Shown here: positions 21,950 through 33,628 of the stretch, piece by piece
How positions within the stretch are numbered: position 1 is the stretch's first letter
Layout of the letters: every line of letters begins with the position of its first letter
Origin: Cenococcum geophilum
Lineage: Eukaryota
Assembly: GCA_050273025.1 (NCBI GenBank)
Contig: CP158635.1
Span: forward strand, 8,494,001 to 8,558,000
DNA: 64,000 nt
Reading direction: 5' to 3'
Made by a program: the position numbers and the translations under genes
The notes under the pieces: generated by a model
The model's input: only the letters and a program-made list of their open reading frames with translations
Told to the model about the DNA's origin: nothing
Databases searched by the model: none

Positions 21950-24900
21950 ATATGTATAACGGAAGGCCACGAGAGCTAGCGCTGCGCAACAGTGATTAAA
22001 GACCCTAGGAACCCCGCACGTATTAGGATAACTTATAGGAATGAAGTCGAGCTCTAATATGTAAAAGAAGCGGCTTAAAAAACCTTAGCACCTAGTGTTT
22101 AGGTGCTACGAGACCAGCTCTACCTAGTAAAAATTAATAACGCTAACCGAACAGCAGTTCTTAACTAGGAAGGAAAGATTTAAGATAAAGCAGTAGAGGT
22201 GCTAGGAAAAGAGAATAATGTATACATAGCCTAGATAGGATGGCTTAGTAAAAAAGACATAGGAAAGGCATATGGATTAATGGTTGTGTACATTACTAAA
22301 AGTAGTAAGGCAGTACGGTTGCTATAGAATTAATACTTTTATATTATAGGGGAATTAGCTTATATTAGAACCTATAAACCTAAAAGCGGTCTAACGCAAT
22401 ACTACTAGTGTTAGATACTAGGATATAAAGCATTTATATATATAAGACCGTAAGTATATGCTAGATGCGCTTAAGAAGGACATTATTATAATAACTGCCA
22501 AGGATAGATTCTAAAGTATATACCTTGCGGAGGACCATATAAATCGTTTAGTAAAAATTATTAAGTGCTTTATCCTACCCGCTATGTATAAGACACTTTA
22601 GGTACTTTAACTAAATATTTAAAAGTAGAGTATGGTATAGTAGAGCCTAATAAACGATGAACAACTAAAAGACTTTGGAGTGTTAGCAATATTAGAGCTA
22701 TACGCATAGAAAACGGACGATATGGTTGTAATAGTCCCTATAGGACACCCAAATTGGACTAAGGTAATACCTACGGCCTAGCGTAAAGAGAGGTGGGCGG
22801 TATGGAGCATACTATAGATTTAAAAAGATATTAAGGCCGTATAGGTGCTAGTATAATTGGTAAACCTTACCGCGGCGGTGCTGCGCCTTCCTAATAGATT
22901 AGTACTAGTGGTGTTAGTATATGTTAAGGGAAAGAATATAGAAGCACTATAAGATATAACTAGTAAACTATACTAACTAATTTAAGAAATATAGAATAAG
23001 ATAGGTATATAAACTGATATAATACTTATAGGAGACTTTAATTGGCACGATTAGCTATAGGGAGGAAATAACGTCTTGCTGGCGAGACAGGGAGAAGCCG
23101 ACCCGATTATTAATCTTATAGGAGATTACTCCCTGCGTAGCCTGCTGCCCAGGAGTATAAAAATATAGTAAAATGGCAACTATAAGATAACGATTGACCT
23201 AATCCTAGTATTAGATGAGCTAGTATCTATAATAGTAAAGTGCACTGTATATAAGACAGAACACGGATCTAATTATAGGGCAATTAAGATAATATTTAAC
23301 ATTGCGGTCCCTAAACGCGCTATAGAATAGAGAATGCTTTTTAAAAACGCACTATAGAATAAAATTAGGAATAGGATTACTACCGCCCTCTGTATTATCC
23401 TAGTAGGTAGTAGAGTATAGTAGTAAATAGACCGGCTTATAGAGGTAGTACTAAAGGCAGTTTACGCATTAACTCCGAAATCTAGACCGTTATTATATAT
23501 AAAAAGGTAGTGGACAATAAACCTTACGAAGCTCCGCTAAGTATATACTTACTAGAGAAACTGGGCAAAGAACTAACGCTAAGTAGGCTAGATAGTACTA
23601 GAACTAGAGCAATAAGTAAAGGAGGCCTTAAAGGAATACTATAATACAATACGGAAACAGAAAAGGACACATTGGAACAACTTCCTGGCCGATAATATAA
23701 ACATTTAGTAAGTAGCAAAATACCTTAACCTAAGCGGTAACTCAGCGTTTAATAAGATACTACTATTAGTAAGGATAGATAGATCTACTACAGAAGGTAA
23801 AAATAAGTAAGTAGCGGAGCTGTTAACTACATTCTTTCCCCCACTGCTAGTAGGAATAGAGGACGAGGGTCCATAGCCTTAACGAACGCTAATACTAATG
23901 CCGCGTCTTATAATGGAAGAGGTAAAACGGAAGATATTTGCGGCAAAGCCTTGGAAAGCGCTAGGGGATAATAGCCTACTAGCAATGGTGTGGAGGCAGA
24001 TATGGCTAGTAATAAAAAACAGGGTTCTACTCCTCTTTTAGACCTTACTAGACAAGGGCGACCTTCTTAACCAATAGAGAAATGCCAAAATTATACCGCT
24101 TAAGAAGCTAAATAAAGGAGACTATATAAAGGTAAGGGCATAGAGGCCTATCTCTCTGCTATTTACGTTAGGCAAGGTGCTAGAGTCTATAGTTGCTAAA
24201 AGAATATCGCACGCGGTAGAGACCTTTAAACTACTACCTATAAATCACTTCGGGGCAAGAAAGGGGCGCTCCACTAAATAGGCGCTACTGCTACTATAAG
24301 AATATATCTATAACGCGTAGAGGTCTAAGAAGGTGCTTAGCCTTATTAGCTTTAATATAAAGGGTATATATAACGGAGTATATAAAGAGAGGCTACTATA
24401 GAGGCTTATAGCAAGAGGTATACCGCTAGTGCTAGTGCGGTAGATTAATGCATTCTACTCTAATTGTACGGCGACTATTTTAGTTAACGGCTATACCTCT
24501 AACTAGCAATAGTTACTATAAGTAGGACTACCGCAAGGATCGCCGCTCTCGCTAATACTATTTCTCTTTTTTAACGCTAATCTAGTCTAGTACCAGCTTA
24601 ATGCAAATAAAGGCTTAATGGCGTTTGTGGATAACTATAATACATAAATTACAGGACCATTAGCAGCAGTAAACTGCGAAGGTATTTAGGCTATTATTAA
24701 TAGAGCAATAAACTGGGAGAAATAAAGCGGCGCAACGTTTAAAGGTGAAAAGACTATGCTAGTGCACTTTATAAGAAACGCGGACCGGACTAATACTACC
24801 CCATTTATAATTAAAGGAAAAACAGTTACACTAGGGTATACAGCTAAGATCCTAGGGGTAGTTATAGATATAGAGCTTTGGTATAAGCGACATATCACAA

Positions 24901-26540
24901 AAGCAGCTATTAAGGGCCTTATCGCAGCTATGGCACTAAAGAGACTCTAGATAGTATCCCCTTCAACTATAAGATAACTGTTTGGGGCAATGGTAGCGCC
25001 AGTAGTAGACTACGCCTTAAACATCTAGATGCACGCCTGCGGGGGTTCCGCTATAGCCGCAATAAATAGGGTATAAAAAATTGGAGCGTAGGCAATTATA
25101 GGAACTTTCCGTATAGTAGCTACGGTTATTAGGGAGGCCGAAGTAAGCATACGGTTAGTACGCGAGCGGCATTTAGAGAGGGCTACTAAGTTATAGGTTG
25201 ACCTTAACACGCTATATAAGACAAACCCACTCTTAAGGCTCTATATAAAGGTGCTCTAGAGGTTTACATCCCCACTGCAGAAGATAGCCTATATATATTA
25301 ATATACACCAACAGATAAGATGGAGGTTATTCAGCCCTACGTGGTACCACCATGGGAGGATTAACTGCCTATAAGCATTAACCTAGATAAAGATAGGGCA
25401 ACTGAAGCCGCCAACTCTATTTAAGGCATATAGATCGCAACAAGCTCATCCAGGAGGAGAGACATAGTAGGGATAGAAGGTGTTGTCTACGACACCCTTA
25501 GCAATACGCTAAATAGGGAAGCTGTTATATACTTAATTACACTAGGACTAAGAGCAGAATAGAACCTATATATAGCTAAACTGGCGGCAATATTAATGGC
25601 AATAAGGTGCTTACTACTAGATCTACAGAAGAAATAGATTACTATATTTACTAGTAATTAGGCAGCACTACTAGCAATTAATTAACCTAAGTAACAATCC
25701 GGCTAAATAAGTATTATATAGATCTATAACATAGCCCGCACGTTAAGGCAAAGAAGTAACTATTTTCTTATTATATAGGTCCCTTAAGGGGAGTTCAAAC
25801 TAGGCAAGAAGGTAAAAGTAGTAGCACGGCAAGCTACTACACAAAAACGCCTACCGCGAGGATAATAACACTAGGCTAAGGCTATAATAATAAACACCGC
25901 AAAAACAAAATAGTGGGGTAGGAAAACACTACTGGAAGGAGTAGGAAGGTATTTAAGAAAAATGGATATAGCACTACCAGGTAAATATACCTATAGGCTA
26001 TATAACTCCCTTAAGCAAGAAGAGGTAAATATGTTAGCCTAGTTATAGATAGAAATAATATAACTTAATAGGTATCTACACCGCATTAAAGCGGTAGAAT
26101 TAGATTAATATAATTACGGACAGGCAAGAGAAATAGTTAAATACTTTCTCTTTAGGTATATAAAATGGACATTATATTAAGAGCAAATGCTGCAGTAAAC
26201 AGATATAAGAAGAGGCAGCTTATCCTTCTATCTTAGGGGAAAGGCGTTAACTAACTCTAGACAGTAGACACCAAACGTGGACGCAGTCCGAGCGATAGTA
26301 AAATACGCAATAGCCACCAGACGACTTAAGGCAGAATTAAATTAATAACCCGTCCACCACAGTCAGAAACTCCCCCCCCTCCTCTATGCTTTAACTAACC
26401 CACACCACACACCCTTGTGCCACCAGCAGATCTCGCTTTAATTACTAAAGATAGGACACTAAATACTTAGAGGAACGGACCCTAAGACGACTTGCTACTA
26501 ACTACCCACGAGATCTCGTAGAATAAAGCATAAGTAAGAC
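21950..26540 (+). mobile_element. RIPped Tad1-like LINE, 5'-truncated in ORF1
   Basis: Relict CCHC knuckles (~22400-22550), endonuclease GDFN (~23030), KAPG (~23955), RT GLPQGSPLS (~24525) and FVDD (~24625), then RNase H-like and C-terminal Cys regions. Ends approximate. Confidence 0.9.
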
Positions 26541-26767
26541 TAGGAAGTACTAAATAAGGTAGATGTATGGGCTTGTATGAGAATATAGCGATATTAAAGG
26601 AAGCGAAATTATGTAATATAGTACTAGTGCCCTCTAGGCTTAGTGCCTCCGGGCGGAATAAACTTCATCATCATCCTGACACCCGAAGAAAAGATGAGAG
26701 AGAACGGATTACCCGCTTGGGAAGGGATAGGATGGAACACGTATATTGATGTTATCGCGGTGACGGA

Positions 26768-29007
26768 TCATTTCCCGTGCAGCATGTGCCAGCGCGTCCG
26801 TATTGCGCCCGGGGTCCGACCTGGGAAGCGTTTAAATATATCCTTCCACTCTATATCCATTCTATCTTTATATGCAAGCAACCGCTGTTCCTCCGACTCC
26901 GATCACGGTTTATACGTTCGTTGGTGGAAACGCACATCGTCTCTGCTGAATCCCTAATTGTTGCCGACAGCATAAGGTCTGTATTCGCCTGTGTCTTTCG
27001 CCCCATTCTCGTCCTCTTCGTCCCCGTCATCGTCTGGGTGGTCAGTGTCATGACTGGCGGCATCACTGTGGGGATTGCTCATCCGGCCTGTATTAAGCAG
27101 CGTTAAACTTCCACGAGTACGTGGGCCTGACACACTATCGTCGTATCGGTATCCCAATAGCATCCATGAATCCGGCGATAGCTGGGTCATACGGATAACT
27201 TTGCCTTCTCCACCGAGAAGCTTGTAATCTAGGGCCATCGGGTTAAGAGACAATTTTAAGTCACAGCAACGGACAATTGCTGTCACAATCGACGAGCCTT
27301 TTGGCACAGGGCAAAGCGTGAGATCAGTTACCTGATAAGCCACGTTGGCGCTGGTCCATAATTGTTGTTGGTCCATCTCCAGCCTTCGTTCCCGAAGAGG
27401 ATGTTCGTGGGGAGCAAGACCGAGTCGCGCTGTCCGTTCTGGGCCTAGACAGTTGCAGTGGTTGGGATGATGCTACTTGTCGCGATGTCCTCGTAGGCTT
27501 CGTGCTCCGGTCCCATGGTGTAAGAACAGTTCGTAATGGACTGCACCCTCTCTTCCGGACCGGACGATCGCTGGGTTTATGTCGTTGAGAAGTTGTCGCT
27601 AAAGCCCTCCAGGACACGCCAACGACCCGATTAAGTTCGTCCTCGTAGCTTTCCCCAACTTTACTACCGCTGCCTTTTCTGTTCTTTCCACGCCTACCCG
27701 AATCTAGATCGATATCTTAATCGCCGTCTATTCCTTTAAAAGGAGAGATGGATTGTCTCGGGGAATGCAGTAGCTATGACTGTCCCCCGGACATGTGCGC
27801 CATCGTCGCCATTCTCTTTATCGAGGAGGTCGTTTGGGGGCAGGCTTGGGGCGCCAGCATCATCGCCTTTGTTGTCACTGCCCGGAAGACCAGGGCTAGG
27901 ACGGTTGCTGGCTCCCGAAGGGGAAACTTGGCCGCTGGAGGTTGGCAGAGGCGTTGACTTGGGTGTGGATACAGGATCGAGTGTGAGGCTCTCTGCCCGT
28001 CGCTTGGCCAGTCTTCGCCGCTTCATCAAACGAGAGTCTTCCAGATTCGGTTGCGGCATAAGGTCCAGCACTTCTACCGAGGAGATTATCGTATCGGCAG
28101 ATAAAGCTCGTGTCCATTTGCGTGTTACCGATGGTCCGCCTGTCACGCCGATATCGTCCAGGAGAGGTTCGTCCTGCGCTTGCGAACTCTCTTCGAAGAC
28201 GTCAAAAATGGGCTCCTCAATTCTGGAACGCTACTCACTATGACGGACACTTTCTGTATCATCTATGGAGAGGGCGCGCACCCCAGCCGCGTCTCGATCG
28301 CCATGCTGTCCGGCACTGTATTCTTCGCTGCCAGCAGCCGCGTCGTAACCGTTCTCTTGATAGTCTGGCTCTCCGTTGTCAGGCTCGACGTCCGTTGTAC
28401 CGTCGCTTTCTTCGGCTGCATCGTTCTCCTCGGCTGTGTCGCTCTCCAAAAGCAAAGGAAATTCTATGGCCAATTAGTAAATCGACGCCGCGATTGACTG
28501 ACGTACTTACCTGGACTGCTTCGGTCAAAAACCCCGTTTATAGCCGAATTCGCCTTCGTGACGCCTGTAGCGTGGTCGGCCCCTCCGTCGTCAAGTGATT
28601 CCCGACCGGACTGGTAATGCTCTGGTTTCTCCCGAAAGGGGGCGGCACCAAGTCCATCGACGACGTCTACGCCCATATATCAGCTGGGTTCTGTTGGCTT
28701 GTAACGTTCAATGTAATACCTTGACGTAGCAAACTAGAAGGGTCCGCAACTCCGAATGGAGCGGGTACTCTAGGATTAAGGGGCGCGATGCATTGGAATC
28801 TGGCATTGGGAAATCGTCGATATTGAACCACTCTCCACTATCTCTGAAGGAGACGGCTTCGGAATGGTTGTGCTCCGCCGTCTTGGTTTTCGCATTTGCT
28901 TTGCTCTTAGATTTTGGTTTGGGCTTGGATGCCGAAGGAACGTAAGGAATATATTTCGTAGGAAAAAGCGAAGGGGCTAGTGAAAGGGTGCTGTAAGAGG
29001 AGGCCAT
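26768..29007 (-). pseudogene. Spliced gene with C-terminal Myb/SANT domain (Starship-terminal type), disrupted
   Basis: C-terminus reads KP*SESEEQRLLAYKDRMDIEWKDIFKRFPGRTPGAIRTRWHMLHGK. Canonical intron 28464-28510. In-frame stops at 28231, 26954 and 26903 (the first Myb Trp), plus apparent frameshifts at ~27400-27750. Confidence 0.8.
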
Positions 29008-30498
29008 TTTCGTGTGGCGATCTGCTGGCTTCTCTGGTCGTGAAGGAAATTGGAAAGATGCGGCTGTCTCTCCGGACTAAATGTCACTTTACGTACCGCC
29101 GACGACAACGCCGTATGAGAAGGAGGATTGTGAGGGCCCTGCATAAATGCCGCATATAGCGTAGAGACGGTTGTAGCGGGCAGTGCAGGGAGGCTGTCTG
29201 CAGGGAGAGTGAGGAGAACTTGAAGTCTGTCGGCCTCGGCGTCTCCGAGACGACCACATGTCGCGTTCGCAGGCGCCGTGGAAGCCCCGTAAGAAGAGCC
29301 TGCCTAACTTACTCGGCGATTGGCCAGTAAATGGTCGTTATAACCCGGTCGTGCGCATCTTTTAGCTGTCTAAGGATTTATATTACTTCGAACGAAACCG
29401 CCGATCGCCAGCTAATTCCTCGATCGTCTATTAACCCCCTTACGTAGGACGAGTCTGTATTGGATAACGCATGAATGCCCAATTCCCGCCGGCAGAGCCC
29501 CGTGCCGTCAGATGGTTGGCCTGCGGGGCTCTGTTCACCTCTTATAGCACGCCCGACGCCACCTCCGAGCTGTCAGCTGCCAGTTTCTAAGTATCAGCCC
29601 CCTGCTGGTTGTATCGCGATGTTACAGTAACGCCAAATGCCTTATACGAGGCGGAGCATCCTGCTGTAACTATGGCGTCAACGTGGGCGCCAAGAGGGCC
29701 GCATTAATGCGTCATGTGGGTGAATGGCCGTGTCCCCGCCTAAGGGAGAGGGCATAGAGCCAGGAGCTGGACGGTAGCTGGGCCAACGTATTCAACCGAA
29801 GGAGTAGGATGCAGTACTCGAGTGTCAGAGCTGAGACAATGGCGTAAGCTCTGTGCATTCGTTCGCCGAAACCAGGAATAAGGCAGTGCACAGTAAATGC
29901 TATCGGCGAGTCCGGAGCAGGGGAGAACGAGTTGCGCGACCGCCGGCGCCGGGGTTTGCTGAGCGGCAGGTGGGAGCTTCTCCCTTCCGCCGCAGCTGCC
30001 GCTAGCACAGGATGAGCGAGCATCTTGCGCGAGAGGGAAGAGACCTTCCATGGAGAGGGGAGAGTGCGTGAGTGCAAGAGAATGGAAAGCCGGTGGGCCG
30101 CCAAACGCTTGCGGATGCGGGCGCAGAAGCTTCGACAGCAGCCATCGCTGGGAGATGAAACGCTGGACAGCCCAAATCCGCATAGGGGTGAAATGACAGG
30201 GACGAGGCAAGGCAGTGCCATGTTGGATGGCGACTGAGATTCGAAAAAAATGCCTCACAAGGGATTTACTGAGGCCCAATGGGAGCAGCTGGAGCGGATA
30301 GGGGGCGTGCAGACGGAGGGATGTGAGTAGAGAGAAAAAGATGAGGAGAGGGAGGGAAAATGACGGCGAAGGCAGGGCCTTTTATGGTGGTCGTCAAGGC
30401 CAATTGCCGGTTCGGGCGTAACGCGAAAACCGTAAGCGAGGCGCGGATTACCCAAACGGGGAGCGTCTATTTCCTGATGCACACTTGCCGTCTGATTG

Positions 30499-32200
30499 TT
30501 TACTTTATATACTATAGGAAAGATTTTACGCGGAGTATATATGTCTAAAGGGGGCCTTAAGCAGTTAATGTCAAATAATACCTATTAACTTAAGCCAGAT
30601 AAGGTTATTAATATAGCTAGGAATAGGGTTAATAACCTTTAGAAGCGGATATTTATAAGTTTTATTACAGACGCCATCTAATACGCGTATCCTACTGTGG
30701 TTAATAGTATATTTAACTTTAACGCGGATATTAAATATCCGCGTATACTAGTGGTTAATATTCTCCCTTATAGAAGGACAGAGTATATAACTCTAGAACC
30801 TATTCTAGATAGCGAGGCTTTTATTAACGGCAACTATCGCGTAAAAGAGAATATCTTCTTGGAATAACTATAGTATAATTATAAAACCGCTTTTAATAAC
30901 TGGCTTTTTTTAGTATATAGAGATTAGAAAACCGTAAAGCTTATTTAATTATATAAAGAGGAGCAGGTTAAGGCGAAAGGTACGTATAATAGCTATAAGT
31001 AGGTATTACCTATTCTAGGGCTATGGTATATATAATTAAACTTCCTATATATAGTTATGCGTACGTTCTATAGGGGTAAGGAAGCCGCGTAGTAGTTTTT
31101 AGCGCTTTATACCTATATAAACCACCTAAGACGGCGTAATATTTCTAGAAAAAAGGCCCTATTTTATTATATAGAAGAGCTAATTCTCTAAAGCTTTAAC
31201 GCTTATATTATTATATCGTTTTTACTCTATATCTACGACAAGTATAATATTAAGGTAGATAGTAAGGCTAAGCGATATATATAAAACCTATCTCCGCAGT
31301 AATTTCTAGAGTATATTAAGGATATCCGCATAGCGGCTTTTTTAAGAGATATATACTATAATATAAATTAGCGCACGTCTAATTATTTAGGGCTATTTAC
31401 CAACGTATATTAGCTAGTAGCGATATCGTCCTCTACGGATATATTAAGCTTTACCGCTAGTAACTATAATATAGAGTTCTTTAATTATATTAAGTTCCTA
31501 TAGGTTATTAATACTTATAAACTTCTAAAATATACTATTAAGTATGCGGATATTGGACTACTAAAGCGTATAATCCCCTATCTTTGCTTATACTTTTCTA
31601 GAAGCTTATTAAAGAACTATATATATAATATACTAATCCTATAGCAACTAGTTAGAATAAGCGCTTATAATCTAGTGCTTTAATAGGCTATCCTTACCAA
31701 TAGTTTAGTTAACCTCTAAAGGCGGCTAAATAGCTTCTTTAAGACGGATCGCCTTAATAAACTACTAAATCTTTAACTTAAGGAGTTGCTTTAGATATAT
31801 AGGAATTTGACGTTTGGTATAGACAAGCTATTTAAGTAGAGTATTCTTATAATAAATTATACTAGCGCGCTCCGCGATATTTTTAAGTATATATTTAGTA
31901 AGCGTATAAACAGCAAATATACAACTAAGTCTCTAGCGCTAGATATCCGCTATCTTATAGATTAGATTAGGAAGGATTTAATTATATAATATATACGGCG
32001 CTTAGCGGATTTTAAAGCTCCTTCGCTTCTATAGCGCGGATATAAGAAACTTATAAAGGACGGCGTAAATACATTTAACGCCTTCCTATTAACTGCAGCC
32101 GGTTTACTATTTAATCCCCTTATATACAACTTTGGTAATACTAATAAAAATATAGAGGTACTAAAAGAAGCTGCTGAATATATTTATATAGTTTATTGTC
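30499..32200 (+). pseudogene. 5'-truncated, RIPped DUF6589 (Academ-type) transposase
   Basis: De-RIPped reading gives FTSYTTGKILRG..GLKQSM (30499), LVYGDQKT (~30910), WVLPIPGLWH..LNFL (~31000), YADIGLL (~31543), KNYAY and ILANSLVNLQGR..SFFETDRLNELLN (~31690-31770). Confidence 0.8.
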
Positions 32201-33628
32201 CTAATGTTATACCTATTCCTCTGCAAATATATATATTAGTTAGTATATAAGTTGCTTAATAAATGCTAAAAGTAATAGTAATAGTAATATATTGTTTTTG
32301 CGGATATACTTCTATTATAAGCGGGTTATCTACGGATTTACTATATAACCCTTATAAGGACGGATTTAATAAAGCTATAGATAATATGCTAGAGGACTTT
32401 TAAATACTTAGGCTTATAGTACGTTTCTATCTTAATATATTAAGCGAGTTCTTTTTATTAATATTAATTCTAGACAGTATATAATCTTCTTAGTGCGTAG
32501 TATATAATATAGTAATTAGCTATTTTATAGCGCGGATATATAAATATCTTCATCTTACCTTATATGGATATCTTCATCTTACCTTATATGGCTATCTTTA
32601 CCTTAGCTTATATGGATATTATAATATTAATTAAGTATATCTATTAAATATAAGGCGGAGACTTGATTCCTATATATATAGTAGTAAAAAGGTAAGAGCT
32701 ACTATTTTATTATTATAAACCCGCAGTAACAGCTAACTTATATTTACTTATTTAATATCTAGTAGCCTAGCATTACGTATAAATGCAATAATACCACGCC
32801 TTAGGAATAAAAGCTTACCTTTTATCTTACTTAGAGAATCTCCAAACTTATTTAACCGGCGATCTATAGCTTAAATATCTTTCGCTATATTAATTACCCG
32901 TTTACAAACTATATTAACACGCGTGAAAATAGTAATTACTAAATATACCCTAACAGATTCCATGCTAGCGAAAGTAGTAGCAGTAATAGTAGCACCTGGC
33001 ATGCTAGCAATTAAAAAAAGAAGTAGAGAAGCGGCGGTAGAGCGGGTGCGTCTACGGCTGCGTGTACTACTATAAGTGGGAGTCTTAATAGGGGGGGAGG
33101 TCTTAGTGGGGGGGAGAGGCGTAGTGGCGCGGGTAGGGATAGTGCGAGTACAAAGCTATACGGATATCAATAATATCCGTATTGTTAAGATATAGATATT
33201 ATACCTTCTTAGTAGGTGTTCCAGCCAGGCTATTAGCAGAAGCTAATTGCGCACGTTTTTTGCGCTAAGGTATAACTAGCTCCAAATTTAGTAAGCTTTC
33301 CTATATATATATTAGCTGACAGAATAATAGTATTATATTAGCGTATACTATTCTATATAACCTACTACTAAAACAATATCTTAAGCACGTACCTCTAAAA
33401 AATGCCTAGAGTTCTACTTGTAAACGCGATATTTATAGCTATACTTCTCGTATAAAGTATATAGCGGATTACGCAGCTTACTAAAGCTACCCTTAATATT
33501 TTAAATATATATTAATATCCGCTAGCGAGCTTCCTTTGTACTTTCCTAAATACTAGCTTTTAGAGTGTACTATTTATTCGCTAACGGCACTTAGATAGGA
33601 AGGCGCTTATTTATATTAGGAGTACTAT

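Larger units (their letters stand above)
1..30503 (+). mobile_element. Putative 3' portion of a Starship giant transposon (left end and captain outside the window)
   Basis: TTAC-TTTATAT-A at 30500-30511 coincides with the unRIPped/RIPped border and with a mid-gene truncation. Inward-facing terminal Myb gene. The leftward extent is assumed, not seen. Confidence 0.65.

Noticed and set aside
26567..28598. Plus-strand ORFs over the Myb gene
   Set aside because: Antisense shadows of the minus-strand gene.
29712..30548. Overlapping 60-180 aa ORFs near the Starship end
   Set aside because: GC-rich sequence open in several frames on both strands with no motifs; more likely a non-coding terminus or promoter.
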